A stretch of 64,000 bases of DNA from assembly GCA_963750165.1 (NCBI GenBank), contig CAVVPN010000012.1, forward strand, positions 544,001 through 608,000, written 5' to 3'. Origin of the DNA: an uncultured Gemmataceae bacterium. Its GTDB lineage: Bacteria; Planctomycetota; Planctomycetia; Gemmatales; Gemmataceae. Position 1 is the stretch's first letter. Each line of letters starts with the position of its first letter. The position numbers were made by a program, and so were the translations under genes. Under the pieces are notes generated by a model. The model saw only the letters and a program-made list of their open reading frames with translations, ran no database searches and had not been told where the DNA came from. Positions 11,417-24,100 of this stretch are shown piece after piece.

Positions 11417-12103
11417 TCACCCGGCGGCAATCGCCAGCTGCCCCTGCTTGCGAGACCAGCGGCGGCGCAGCACCACGCCAGCACCGAGGCCCGCCGCGAG
11501 CAGGCTGCCCAGCAGCAGCGTGTCCGGCTCGGGCACGGCGCTGGTGGTGGTGATGGTCGCGCTGGAGTTGGCGATCATGCTGTCCAGCACCGTGTGGTCG
11601 CCCAGCACGTTGTTGTCGAATCCCGAGTGCGCCTCCGCCGTCAGCGTCAGCGTCGAGCCCGCCGACACCCCGGTGAAGGTGAACGTTCCCAGCAGCACCG
11701 CCCCCGCGGTCGTGCCGGTCGTCGGCGCGAACACCGACGCGCTGAACACCTGCTGCTCGCTCAGGCTGGCCGTGCCCATCGGGTCTGGCTGGATCACCAC
11801 GCTCGTCTGGGCCGTGTCGAACGCCGAGTTCGGCGTGATCGCCGCCTGGTTCGCCACCGTCGCCACCGTCGGGTCGTAGCTCAGGGCCACGCCGCCCGCC
11901 GACAGCCCGACGGATGTCAGTCCCGTGCTGCCGTTCGTCTGCGCCAGGTAGACCTGGACGTTCACCGTCGCGCCTTGCGCGACCGTGAAACTGTTTGTGA
12001 ACGTGCTGGTGTTGGGATCGTAGAACGTGAAGGCGTAGTCGGCGGCGGCACGGCCTGGCAGGAGGGCCAGCACCGCGGCCACGATTGCGGAGCGAATGCG
12101 CAT
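11417..12103 (-). CDS. PEP-CTERM sorting-domain protein with a single cohesin-like domain
   Basis: Signal peptide MRIRSAIVAAVLALLPGRAAA; C-terminal AVPEP + TM + RRRWSRK; body VAQGATVNVQVYL..GGVALSYDPTVATV..VLLGTFTFTG resembles cohesin; GAGGA SD. Confidence 0.85.
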   Translation of the reverse strand: MRIRSAIVAAVLALLPGRAAADYAFTFYDPNTSTFTNSFTVAQGATVNVQVYLAQTNGSTGLTSVGLSAGGVALSYDPTVATVANQAAITPNSAFDTAQTSVVIQPDPMGTASLSEQQVFSASVFAPTTGTTAGAVLLGTFTFTGVSAGSTLTLTAEAHSGFDNNVLGDHTVLDSMIANSSATITTTSAVPEPDTLLLGSLLAAGLGAGVVLRRRWSRKQGQLAIAAG

Positions 12104-12197
12104 CGGAGGTGTCCTCAGAGAGTAATGGCGTATCCTGGTCAAGGAACCCGCCCCGGGACACTAACGCCCGGGGCGGAGCTCACGAAGCACGCGCAGC

Positions 12198-15100
12198 TCA
12201 CGCGGGCATCTGCGTGAACAGGCGGTTAATCAGCTGGGTCTGCTCAAGCGTGTTGCCCACGTCGATGTTGCCGTCCTCGTTGTAGTCCAGATACCACTGG
12301 TACGAGTTCAGCGTCGCCGCCGCCCCCGTCGGGTTGGTTACCGCCGTCAGGCCGCTCGTCGGCGCCATGTACGTGAACGTGTTGCCGTTCACCGACAGGA
12401 TCACGAACGAGCCGTTGTACCCCGCCGGCAGACCCACGATATTCACGATCTCGCCCATCAGGAAACCACTCGGCCCGTTGGTCGTGATCGTCACCGTGTT
12501 GTTCGACTCGCTCGCCGCCAGGATCCCCGCCGTCATCCCACTGGTTTCCTGGGTCACGCCGTTCACCGTGCGGAAGTTCGTCGTGTCCACACCATCCACC
12601 TGCCGCCGCCCCTCCGTGTCGCCGAACAGCCGCCAGAACTCGTCCACCTGGTTGACACCGTTGCCGTTGAGGTTGCCGGTCCCGCTTGTCGTGCTGCCGC
12701 TCATGCCGTTTTTGGCACCGTCCAGCAGCACCGCACTATTGCTGGCGGCGCTGATGTCGGCCACCTTCGTGTTCAGGAAGTAGTTGCCGTCCACCAGCCC
12801 GACCGTCAGCGTGTTGCCGAACTGGTCCAGGTACGGCGTGATGAAGTTGAACGTGTGCGTCGCGTCGGCGTTGAAGGTGACGAACAGTTGCGTCGCCCCG
12901 CTGTCCGGCACCGGGCCGCTGGCCCCCTCCGTGGTCGCCCCGGTGCCCGGGTCGCTGACGTTGATGCTCAGCGGGTTGCCCGACGCATCCTTGAGCACGA
13001 AGTCGCTCGCCAGATCGACGATGTTCACCGGCGTGCTGAACGTCAGCGTCAGCTCCGCCACCTGCGAGTGCTGGTTGGAACTGTCGTCGTTCACCGCCAC
13101 CGTCAACTGCGGCGCCCAGTCGTTCGGCCCGCCGATGCTGTTCAGCGGCTGCCCCGCGAACGCCGTGCTGTTCGGGCTCCCCAGGAAGAACATGCCGCTG
13201 CTCGGCGTGCCGGTGACCACGCTGCCCAGCCAGTCGGCGCCGCTGCTGCCGGTGTTCTGGGCGATGCGGCCCACGTAGTTCGCCACCCAGGTGCCGGTGT
13301 TCACCACGTTCGAGCCCGCCAGCGTCGTGCCGGTCGCCCCCGTCGGCTTGAAGGTGATCGCCGCGTACGCGTGGCTGGTGCTGGCGCTGTCCAGGATGCC
13401 CACCGAGTCCAGCACGTTCCAGCCGTTGTACGCCGATGTCTGGTTGCTCGGGTTGCCAGTGTTGGCCGGATCAATGTTCGTCGTCGTCGTCGGCGCCGTC
13501 GGCGTCTGAATGAGCAGGAAGCTCTCCGCCCCCGTCAGGAGGATGTCGGTGGCCAGCTGGCCGCTCGGCCGGGTGCTGCCGGTATGCACGCCAGTGACCG
13601 TGCCGAACTTGCTCGTGTTACCGCTGCCGAACCCGGCCCCCGTACCGCTGTTGTCCAGCTGGTTGCCACCGGCCACCTCGTAACCGCCGCTGCTGTACTT
13701 CTCGCTCTTCTGCAGCAGCGCCAGGTAGCCGTTGCTGCCGGTCGTGAAACCGCTCAGGTTGAAGATGTCGGCCAGCACACCCGCAGCCGGCGTGCTGCCC
13801 GAGACCCCGTTGATGCCCGTCAGGTACACGCCCGTCGGGATGGTGTAGCTGGGCACCGTCGAGAAGACCTCAATGTACTGGCTGGGGTTGGTCGTGTTGC
13901 CCTTGAGCGTGTCGATCTCACTCAGGAACAGGCCGACCACGGTGATGCTCGTGGAGCGGACATCCGTCAGCGAACCGCCGTAGCCGCTGTTGCCGTTGTC
14001 GGTGGTGCTCACCGTCAGCGTCGCCGTGCCGAAGAAGCCGGGGCCCGGCGTGTACACCAGGCTGCTGAGCGTGGTCGTGATGTCGCTCGGGCTGCCGGTG
14101 ATGACCAGCGGCTGCGTGCCGCCGCCGCTGACCATGGCCTGGCCGCTGGCCGCTGCCGTCAGCGTGCCCACCGGGCCGCTCGAGGTGCCCGCCGGCGAAC
14201 CGGTCAGGGTCAGCGTCGTCGTCTCGGGGGAGCCGCTCGCGGTGTAGTCGCTGTCAGTCACGATGATGGCGTCGCCAGTGGCCGACGAGAAGGCCACGGT
14301 GTTGGGCGTAACCGTCTGCAGGCCGGCGTGGGCCGCCGGGTTGAACAGCGCCTCCGGGATGACCGCCGGCACCGGCAGGCTGGCGTAGGGCGGCTGGTTG
14401 GGCTGCACCACGATGTTGAGGTTGCCATCCACGCCGGTCACGAACACGGGGTTGCTGCCGGTGCCCTGCGGCGCCGGCGTCAGCGTGATGGCGCCGTTGT
14501 CGTCGTAAACCGCGGTCGTGGTCGTGGTGTTGTTGCTGTCGGTGTAGGACTGCAGGATGTACAGCGGGATGCTACCGCTGGCCGAGCCATTGACCGCGAA
14601 GGTGATCTGCAGCACTGCCCCGACCTGGCCGCCGCTGACCGCCGCCTCGTTGGCGGTGAACTCGCTGGTGCGCAGCACGCCGTTGGTGTTATCCACGTTG
14701 GTGGTCAGGCTGAAGCCCGTCAGCAGGCTGCCGACGGTGACGTTGGTGACCTGCAGCAGCAGCGGGTTGAACTTGATGGCGTTATCGACGGCGGCGATGT
14801 CGAAGGGGACCGGGCCGTTGCTGAAGTTGATGGGGATGGTAACGGTGCCGCCGGCCGTGGCCGTGGTGTTGGCCGGGAAGCCCTCGGTGCCGCTGTGGCC
14901 GACGACGCTGAAGTAGTTGTCCACGTTGGTGACGAAGGGGCTGACGGTGCTGCCGCTCAGGGGCAGGGTGCTGGGGTTCTGCGGCGCCGGCCCGAGCGTC
15001 AGGGCGCTGGTGGCGTTGTAGACGGCGGTGGTGGTGCTGGTGTTGTTGGCGTCGGTGTAGCTGGCGGCCAGCTTGAGCGGCGAGGGGCCGAGTGGGGCGC

Positions 15101-18100
15101 TGCTGTTGACGGTGAAGTCGAGGAGCAGGACATCGCCGTCGGTGGGGTTGGGAGCCTGCGCCGGGTTGGCGGTGAACTCGCTGACGCGGATGACGCCGTG
15201 GACGGCATCCACGTTGGTGGTGACGCTGAAGCCCGGCAGCAGTGAGCCGGCGCGGATGTTGGAGACCGTGAATTTGCTGGGGTCGTACTCGATGACCGAG
15301 TCGATGGCATCGATCTCGGTGCTGGGATCGGCACCGGAGACGTTGAAGCGTTCCTGAACGGTAACGGTCTGGCCGTCGCCACCGGTGGCGGCGGCGAGGT
15401 AGAGCCGGGGGTCGGGGCCGAGCGGGCCGGTGATGGTGAAGCCGGTGGGCGGTTGGGGAATGACGCTGGGGAAGGAGCCGACGGCGGCCTTATCGACATC
15501 GGCGGCGTCGAGGCCGGTGACGCCCAGGGTGCCACTGGCGGTGACGCTGCCGATGATCCAGGGATCGAGATCCTTGAAGACGCTGAAGCCGGTGCCCTGA
15601 CCGACGCTGACCCGGTCGATGAGGGAGGCGTCCAGGCCGGTGTAGGTGTGGGAGCCATCGATATCGCCCTGGTAGGCGTTGACATCGATGGCGTCATCGC
15701 CCTGGGCCGCGGTGCCGTTGAGGACGACGCTCTGAGTGGCGAGCAGGGCCTTGTCGGTGTAGGGGGCGTTCTGGGGCACGGTGGCGGTGAGGGTGAGCAG
15801 GGTGCCGGTGCCGCCGCTGGGGTTCCAGTGGCCGCCGCCGCTGCCGCCGATGATGGTGAAGGTGATCAGCATGTGGTGGGCGTCGATGCTGGTGAAGCTG
15901 ATCGGGTTGAGGACGAGGTTGCCGTTGGTGGCGGCGTCGGTCGAGAGGGTGGCCGCCGTCACGCTGAGGAGGGTCGGGTCATAGGTCAGGGTGAAGGAGA
16001 GGGACTGGACGGCGGAGGTGATGCCGCTCAGGGTGATGGGCAGTCCGGTGCTGGAGTTGGGGATGTTGACGGTCTGGCCGGGCCCGCGGGCGACGAAAGC
16101 GGCGGTGACCACCGGGGTGACGAGCGGGCTGGCGACGGTGAGGGGCTGGCTGTAATTGCTGGCGAGGGTGGCCCCGCCGACGGCCTTGACGGAGTTGGTG
16201 ACGGCGACGGTGTAGTTGCCGGGAGCCAGTTCGCCCGCGGTGGCGACGAAAGTGGCGACGTTGGGATGGGTGGCGTCGATGAGCAGCGAGCCCTTGACGC
16301 TGCCGCCCGGGCCGGTCAGGGTGATGTTCGGCGCCACGGCGGTGGCGCCGGGGCTGTAGAACAGCTGGGTGGTGTTGGGATCGACGGGGCCGTCGAAGAC
16401 CAGCTGGACGTAGTTGCCCGCGAGAGTCGCCGAGTCTACCTGGAAGGTGGCGGTGACCACCTGGCTGACCGTGCCCGAGCCGCTGGCGGCGAAGTTCCCC
16501 TGCTGGGCGAAGTTGGCGGAGATGGGGTGCGTGCCGACGGTCAGCACGGCGGCGCTGCTGAGGGTGATGGTGGCGTTGCCGCTGGCGTCCAGGGTGCCGG
16601 TGGCGCCGCTGATGGCGACGCCGTTGTCCGACAGGGACACCGTGTCGCCGGCGACCGAGCCGCTGGCGGGCGCGACGTGGACCAGGAACGACACCGGCTG
16701 CACCGTGCTGCCGAAGTTGAGCGACGGGTTCGGGCCGTTGTCGGTGATGGTCGTGGTCGTCGAGACGGTTGAGCCGGTTGAGACGGTCAGCACAACGTCA
16801 TGGCCGCTGGTGCCGCCCGCGTAAGAGATGCTGAACGTCGTGCCGCCAACCGTGATGGTGCTTCCCTGGGAGAAGGTACCGGTGATGGCCGACCCGCCAT
16901 TATTGACAAGGATGTCAAAAGTGGTGCCTGGGGCTGGTGTAAAACCGCTGCCGAGCGAAAGGTCGAGGGAAGAACCCGCCAAGTTGACGGCGCCGGTGGC
17001 CGTCACCTGGTCGTAGCCGGTTCCCGCGGTCGTCCCGTTCAGCAGCACATTGAGCGTGCCACCCGAGCCGAACGACAGGTTGCCGACGGTCAAGGAGCCG
17101 GTGCTCGCGGCCGTCGTATCGCCGGCAATCAAGGCGCCGGTGACGGCGACCGGGGCTGAGATCGTGCCCGTGCCTCCCAGAGTTGCGGCGGCCGCGACGG
17201 AGGTGGAGCTGGTAATGCTGCCGTCCACCAGGAGCCGACCCGCGCTGACCGTGGTTGCCCCGGTGTAGGTGTCAACCCCGGTCAGAATCGTGGTGCCGGT
17301 GCCTGCCTGAATAACTTGCCCCGGAGAGCCGCCGAAGACCTGGGGACCGAAGTTCACGGTGGCCCCGGCGACAAATTCACCAACGCCGCCGTTGACGCCC
17401 GCCCCGTAGTAATTGTTGGGGCCGACAACCGTGGTGCTCGGGGTGTAACCGAGCGGGAAGAGGTTGAACGTGTCCGAACTGACGGGGTAATGACCCGTCG
17501 ATGACACGGGCGTGTTGATGACGGTGTACGTAAAGCTCGGACCGGTGGCCGAATAGGTGTAGTGGGTCACCTGCAAGATCGGGGCCACGGTCCAGGTCGC
17601 CTGGTTGCCCAGGGAATCTGTAAAGGAGGTGTTGGTGACCACCAGGACGTCGCCGACGGCGTAACCGCCGCCGTTGACGATGGCCGCGTCCGGTGACAGG
17701 TTGCTGCTCGCATTGTCCGGCACGGAGGTTTGCAGCGCCTGCCAGGACAGGATGGCCCCGCTGCCGCCCGACCCGTCCACCGGGGCGACGTAGAACAGCG
17801 TGGCCGGGTTCCATTTCGTGTAGCTGCCCGCGGTCGTGACGTTGACGGCCAGGATCGCGCCCGAGCCATCGACCGCGGTCACGGTGAGGGTGGCCGCCGT
17901 TCCGACCGGGGTGATCCCGGCCGGCGCGCTCAAGGTCAACACGTCGCCGATGTGGTAGCCGCTGCCGCCGGTTCCGCTCACGAGCGTGGCGGTGCCGATG
18001 CCGGTCGCGAAGTTGATCGGATACGATGTGGCACTGGGGTTAAGGGGATCGTTCATGGTCAGATTGAACAGCGGGTTCCCGGTGCCGCTGCCGCCGGTGA

Positions 18101-21100
18101 CCGGGCACGGGACGGTGGGCAGAACGCTATACCAGTTCGCGGAATCCGCCGCGTCGCCCTGGAAGCCGTTGTTGGTCGCATCGGACGCGACAAAGCCCGT
18201 CACGACGCCACCGCTCGTCGTCACCGTACCGAGCAGCGGAGCGCCACCCGCCGCCGTCACCCCGCCCAGGGCCACCACGGTCGCGCCGTTGGTGTAACCC
18301 GATCCGCCCGCGGCGATCGTGTTGGGGTCGATCGCGCTGGTCCATTCATTCCAGCTGTCGAAGGACGAGCCGGTGGCCGTCACCGTGGCGTTCTGCGACA
18401 AGGTGATGGAACTGGCGTTGATGGCGGTGATGACGGCGCCCGCCGGGATGCCCGGGCCGTCGACGGCGTAGCCGACGGCGTAGGGGGTGCCGGCGGGGGA
18501 GGTGTCCACCACGTTCAGGATCATGTTGCTACCGGCAGTGGTATCGCCCGTGAGGGGGGCGTACAGTTCGTGCTGCGAGGTCATTTCGTAGGCCGTCGTC
18601 ACCTCGTGGCCCAGGCCGCTGCCGTACCCGCTTGGGGCACCGTTCTGGTCCGACGTGTCGAGCGCCGTCGGCTGGGTCAAGGCCGGACTGAGCATGTTCG
18701 ACTCGATCGGCAGTTGGGCGCCCGTCGAGGTGGTGAGCGTCTGATTGAGCTGGGCGGTCATCGACTCACTGGAGACAGTCAGGGAGGCGCCGGTCAGTGT
18801 GGCCAACTGGTAAGTGCCGGCTCCCCCCGTGGTGCCCGTCAACTGCGCCGTGATCGCCGTGCCGATCGGGATGCCCGTGCCGCTAATCGTGTCGCCGACG
18901 ACGATGGGAGATCCCGTCGGGCTGGACACGGTGAGCACATTGGCCGAGATGCTGCCCGTGATCGACGTGGTCGTCTGGGCCGAAAATGTATCGGTGATCG
19001 TTGAGGATTGGCTCAAAGTGTACGTGCCGATGCCGCCGGTGGGGCCGGTGAGCTGCCCCGTGATGGTCCCTAACGAGTCGCCGCTGCTGTCGAACACCGT
19101 TTGTCCGACGGTCAGATTGAAGCCGTAAGCGTACGGGGCGTCGGTGCCGCTGACGAACGAGTCCACCGTCAGCGTCGTTCCCGAGACGGAACCCGAGAAG
19201 ATCGGGTCAAGCAAAGTCTGGTCGCCGGTTTCGACGGGGGAATAGGGTTGGTACGTGCCGGGCATGTACACTGCGACGCCGGTGATGGCGCCGCTGCCGG
19301 TGCCGCCGTTCACCTGCGTAATGATGAGTTGCGCCGGCATCACGTTCGGGTTGGCATAATTTTCAGGGTTGGGGGTGAGGCTGCCATTAATGCCGATCGA
19401 AAAGGTTCCCAGACCCTGGGCGACCGTCAGAATCTTGCCGACGTCGGCCTGGGTGTAAGGAACCGCGCCAGGCTCGGTGGCCGCGTTGCCGCCGCCGGAC
19501 ACGATCTGGACGCCGCCAATGCCGCTGGCTTGCAGATTGGCCAGGGCGGGGAGCACCAGGCTGGTTCCCGACGCGGTCGGGGCGATGCTCAGGGTGAACG
19601 TGTTGTGAACGGTATCGACCGAGGTGATGAAGGTTCCCGTCGGGCTGGTTCCAACGCCGGGGCCGCCGTTGCCATTGACATCGGCAGGGAATGTGGCGAT
19701 CCCGGTCCCCTCGACGACCTGGCCGATCGAGATGCCGTAACCCGCGATCGTGCCGGAGCTCAGCGTGACCTTGTTGCTGCCGGCCGTGTACGTGACCGGG
19801 ATCGTGGGAGCCGTGGGGGATGTGTTCTGGGTCGATTCATTGGTCGTCAGGTAGAACAGGGCGCCGGAGCCGACGGTGTTTCCGACGGCCTGGACGGCAA
19901 TCGGATCGAACGGGGCGAGGACCGGGATTTGTCCAGGACGGTCGCTGCCAGTGGCACCCCAGTGATATTGGTACAGTTGGCCGGCCGAGTTCACATAGTC
20001 ATGCATGTTGATCGAGGAGTCGGCCACCTGCACTCCGTTGACGGACTGCACCATGTCGTGTCCCGGATTGGCGCCGGTCGTTACCGGCGCCGAGCCGCCG
20101 GGATTGCCGCCGGTCAAGTTCTGGATGACGTTCGGCACGGTCATCGTGTCGGTGCGGTCGAAGACGAGGTTGCCGCTGCCGATGGTGACGACACCCGTTC
20201 CGAGGGTGCCCGTGGTGCCGCCGTTGCCGACCTGCAGGACGCCGCTGTAGACGGACGTCGGACCGGCATAGGTGTTGGCCGCCGTGAGGATCGTTGTCCC
20301 GCTGCCGCTGTTGGCCAGGCCGCCGGTCTCGGTAAATGTCAACGCGGCACCGGTTGCGACCGCCGTGGCGGCCGTGGTGAGCGTGATGCTGGTGGCGCTG
20401 GCGATCGTGGATATTTTATCCCCTGCCGGGATGCCGGCGCCGGCGACCACCATGCCCGGGGCCAGCAGTGCGGTGCTGGCGAGGCCGTTGACCGTGGTAC
20501 TGCTCGTGGGCCCCCCCGTCAACCTGAAAGTCAATGTGCTCGTTCTGGTGCTCGTGGCGGCCGTGGTGAGCGTGATGCTGGTGCCGCTGGCGATCGTGGC
20601 AATCGTATCCCCCGCCGGGATACCAGTGCCACTGACCAACATGCCCGTGGCCAGCTGTGCGGTGCTGGCGAGGCCGCTGACCGTGGTGCTATGATTCGTC
20701 AGGCTCCCGGACAACGAGATTGCGGTGTTCCCGGTCAACGAGACGGTGCCGATGCCGCTGCCGCTGAAGTCGGTCCCCTGGGTCACCGTGTTGCTGCGGT
20801 CGATGGCGAAAACGCCGGGGGTGGTGAGGATGCCGAAAGCGCCGGCGCTGTTATCGACGATCGTGCTGCTTGTGCTCAGCGATCCGGTGGTGCCGCCGTT
20901 GCCCAGCTGCAGCGTGCCGCCGCCGATCAACGTCGTGCCAGTGTACGTGTTGGCGTTCGTCAGGACCAGGGTCCCGGCGCCCAGTTTGGTGAGCCCGCCC
21001 GTGCCCTGCGTCAGCGCGTCGCTGATCGTGAAGGTGTTGTTCGGGTCGTTGATATCGAAGCCGGCCGTCGTGTTGGGGGTAATCGAATACGGGTGTGAGC

Positions 21101-24100
21101 CGATGAACCCGCCGCTAGCGGACATCAGGCTGGTACCGGTGATCTGCAGCGTGCCGCCGTTGAAGACGATCGAACTGGGGGTGCCGCTAGTGGCACCGAG
21201 GTTTGCATCCGCTCCGACGCTCAGTTCGCCGGCCGTGATCGTGTCGGCGCCGGTGTTCGCGTTGGTCCCCGAGAGGATCAAATTTGACGTGCCGTTCTCG
21301 GTAACGCCCGTCACGCCGGCGGAGAGGTTGGAGCTGATGATGGTCGTGCCGATGCCCGTACCATTGTTGGTGATGGCGCCGCTGATGTTGAGCGCGCCCG
21401 TGAAGATGAGGTTGCCGTTGCCGGCGACGTTGATCGTCAGGTTATTGTTGCCGGTCACGTTGCCGCTGAAGGTCGCGGTGGCGTCGGTCGGCCGACCGAT
21501 GACGACGGCCTGGGTGGTGCCGATGGTCAGGCCGCCCACGCCGGAGAGATTGGTATTGGTGGCCAGTTGGATGGGGTTCGAGAATTGCAGGAAGCTGGTG
21601 GAGATGAGCAAGGCGGCGGGGACGCTGCCGGTGGTATTGCCCAGCGTGACCACATTGGTGTTGGCGCCGAGTGCTCCCGAGACCTGAGCGGCATCGACGG
21701 TGCCGCCCTGGATGTTCAGGCCGCTCGTGAAGGTGTTGGGGCCGGCAAGCACGAGCGGTGAGGCGGTGAGGGACCCGGTATTTTGGTAGACGCCGGTCAC
21801 GTGCGTTGTGATGATGTTGCTGATCGTGGTGAGGCCGCTGCTGGTGCCGATGTTGGTGATCGTACCCGTATTGCTGATGTTGTTCGGGCTTTGCGGCGGC
21901 CCGGCGTGAACGTCGCTGGGGGGAGGGAAGCCGATCCAGATCGACCCGGCGGAGGAAGAGTTGTTGAGGACCAGGTTGCCCGCCCCCGTGATCGACCCAC
22001 TGGCAACGATACGGGCCGTCGAACTTGTGCCCGTGGCGGCGATGGTCAAAGCATTGCCGTTCAGGGTGATCGCGCCGCTGAAGTAGGCGTCGTCAGAGCC
22101 GCCGTCGTTGCCGAGCGTCAGCGCGCCGGCGCTCCCCACATTGATCGGGTTGGCGACCGCAAACGTGCCCGCTTCCAAGCTGGCCGAAGTCGTGGTGGCG
22201 GTGCCGAGTTGAATCGCGGTGTTCGTGTTCCCAGCCGCTCCGGTGGTGCCCGAGTTGCTGACGCCCGCGATGAAGGTGCCGGCCTGGATGGTCAGGCCGC
22301 CGGTGAACGAGTTCGCGCCCGAGAGGGTCAGCTTGCCAGTCCCCAGTTTCTCCACGGCCAAACTTCCACCATTGCTGGGGTCGGCAATCACCGAGGCATA
22401 GGTGGCCGTGTTCGTGCCCGTCACGTCCAGGCCAAGGGTCGCTGTGCCGGCGCCATCGCTGAACGTCGCATGACTGAGGAGAGTGTCAACGTCGGCGGAG
22501 GTAAATTGCCCGGTGCCGCCGAATTGAACGGCCAGGGTGGCGCCATCGTTGACGGTGATTCTGCCTGAACCTGAAGTGTTGTATCCGGGCAGTGAAGCTG
22601 TCCTGGTCGCTTCCAGTGTGCCGTTTATCACATTGGTTGGACCGGTGTAGGTGTTGGTCCCGGTCAGGATCGTGGTGCCGGTGCCCAACTGAATCACGGA
22701 CCCCGGAGTGCCGCCGAAGACCTGAGGACCGAAGTTCACGGTGGCCCCGGCGGCGAATTCCGCGACGCCGCCGTTGACGCCCGCCCCGTTATACGTGTAG
22801 GGGCCGACGATGGTGGTGGCCGGGGTGTAACCCAGCGGGAAGAGGTTGAACGTGTCCGAACTGAGGGGGAAATCACCCGTCGATGACACGGGCGTGTTGA
22901 TGAGGTTGTACGTGAAGCTCGAACCGCTGGCCGAGTAGGTGTAATGGGTCACCTGCAAGATGGGCGCCACGGTCCAGGTCGCCTGGTTCCCCTGGGAGTC
23001 CGTCCAGGAAGAAGTGCTGCTCACGACGAGGACGTCGCCGACGGCGTACCCGCCGCCATTGACGACGGCCGCGTCAGGCGAAAGGGCGCTGCTCGCATTG
23101 TCCGGCACGGAGGTTTGCAGCGCCTGCCAGGACAGGATGGCCCCGCTGCCGCCCGACCCGTCCACCGGGGCGACGTAGAACAGCGTGGCCGGGTTCCATT
23201 TCGTGTAGCTGCCCGCGGTCTGGACGTTGACGGCCAGGATCGCGCCCGAGCCATCGACCGCGGTCACGGTGAGGGTGGCCGCCGTTCCGACCGGGGTGAT
23301 CCCGGCCGGCGCGCTCAAGGTCAACACGTCGCCGAGGGCGTAGCCGCTGCCGCCGTGTCCGCTCACGACCGTGGCGATGCCGATGCCGGTCGGCACGCTT
23401 TGGCTATTGGTAAGGACATCGTTCATGGTCAGATTGAACAGAGGGTTGCCGGTTCCGCTGCCGCCGGTGACGGGGCACGGCACGGTGGGCAGGACGCTAT
23501 ACCAGTTGGCGGCATCCGAGGCGTCGCCCTGGAAGCCGTTGTTGAGCGCATTGGACGCGGTAAAGCCCGTAACCACGCCACCGGTGGTCGTCACCGTACC
23601 GAGCAGCGGAGTGCCGGCCGCCGCCGTCACGCCGCCCAGGGCCACCACGGTCGCGCCGTTGGTGTAACCCGAGCCGCCCACGGCGATCGTGTTGGGGTCA
23701 ATCGCGCTCGTCCATTCATTCCAACTGTCGAAGGACGAGCCGGTGGCCGTAACCGTGGCGGCTTGCGACAGGGTGATCGAACTGCCACTGACGGCCGTGA
23801 TGACGGCGCCCGCCGGGATGCCCGGGCCATCGACGGCGAAGCCGACCGCGAAGGGGGTCATCGCGACGGAGGTGTCCACCGCGTTATTGATGACTTTGCT
23901 ACCGGCAGTGGTATCGCCCGTGAAGGGGGCGTAATACTCGTGGGCCGACGTCATTTCGTAGGCCGTCGTCACTTCATGACCGAGTGCGCTTCCGTAACCG
24001 TCCGGGCCGCCGCTCTGGTCCGAATTATCGACCGCCGTGGGCTGGGTCAGCGCCGGACTGATCATGTTCGACTCGATCGGAAGCTGAGCGCCCGTCGAGG

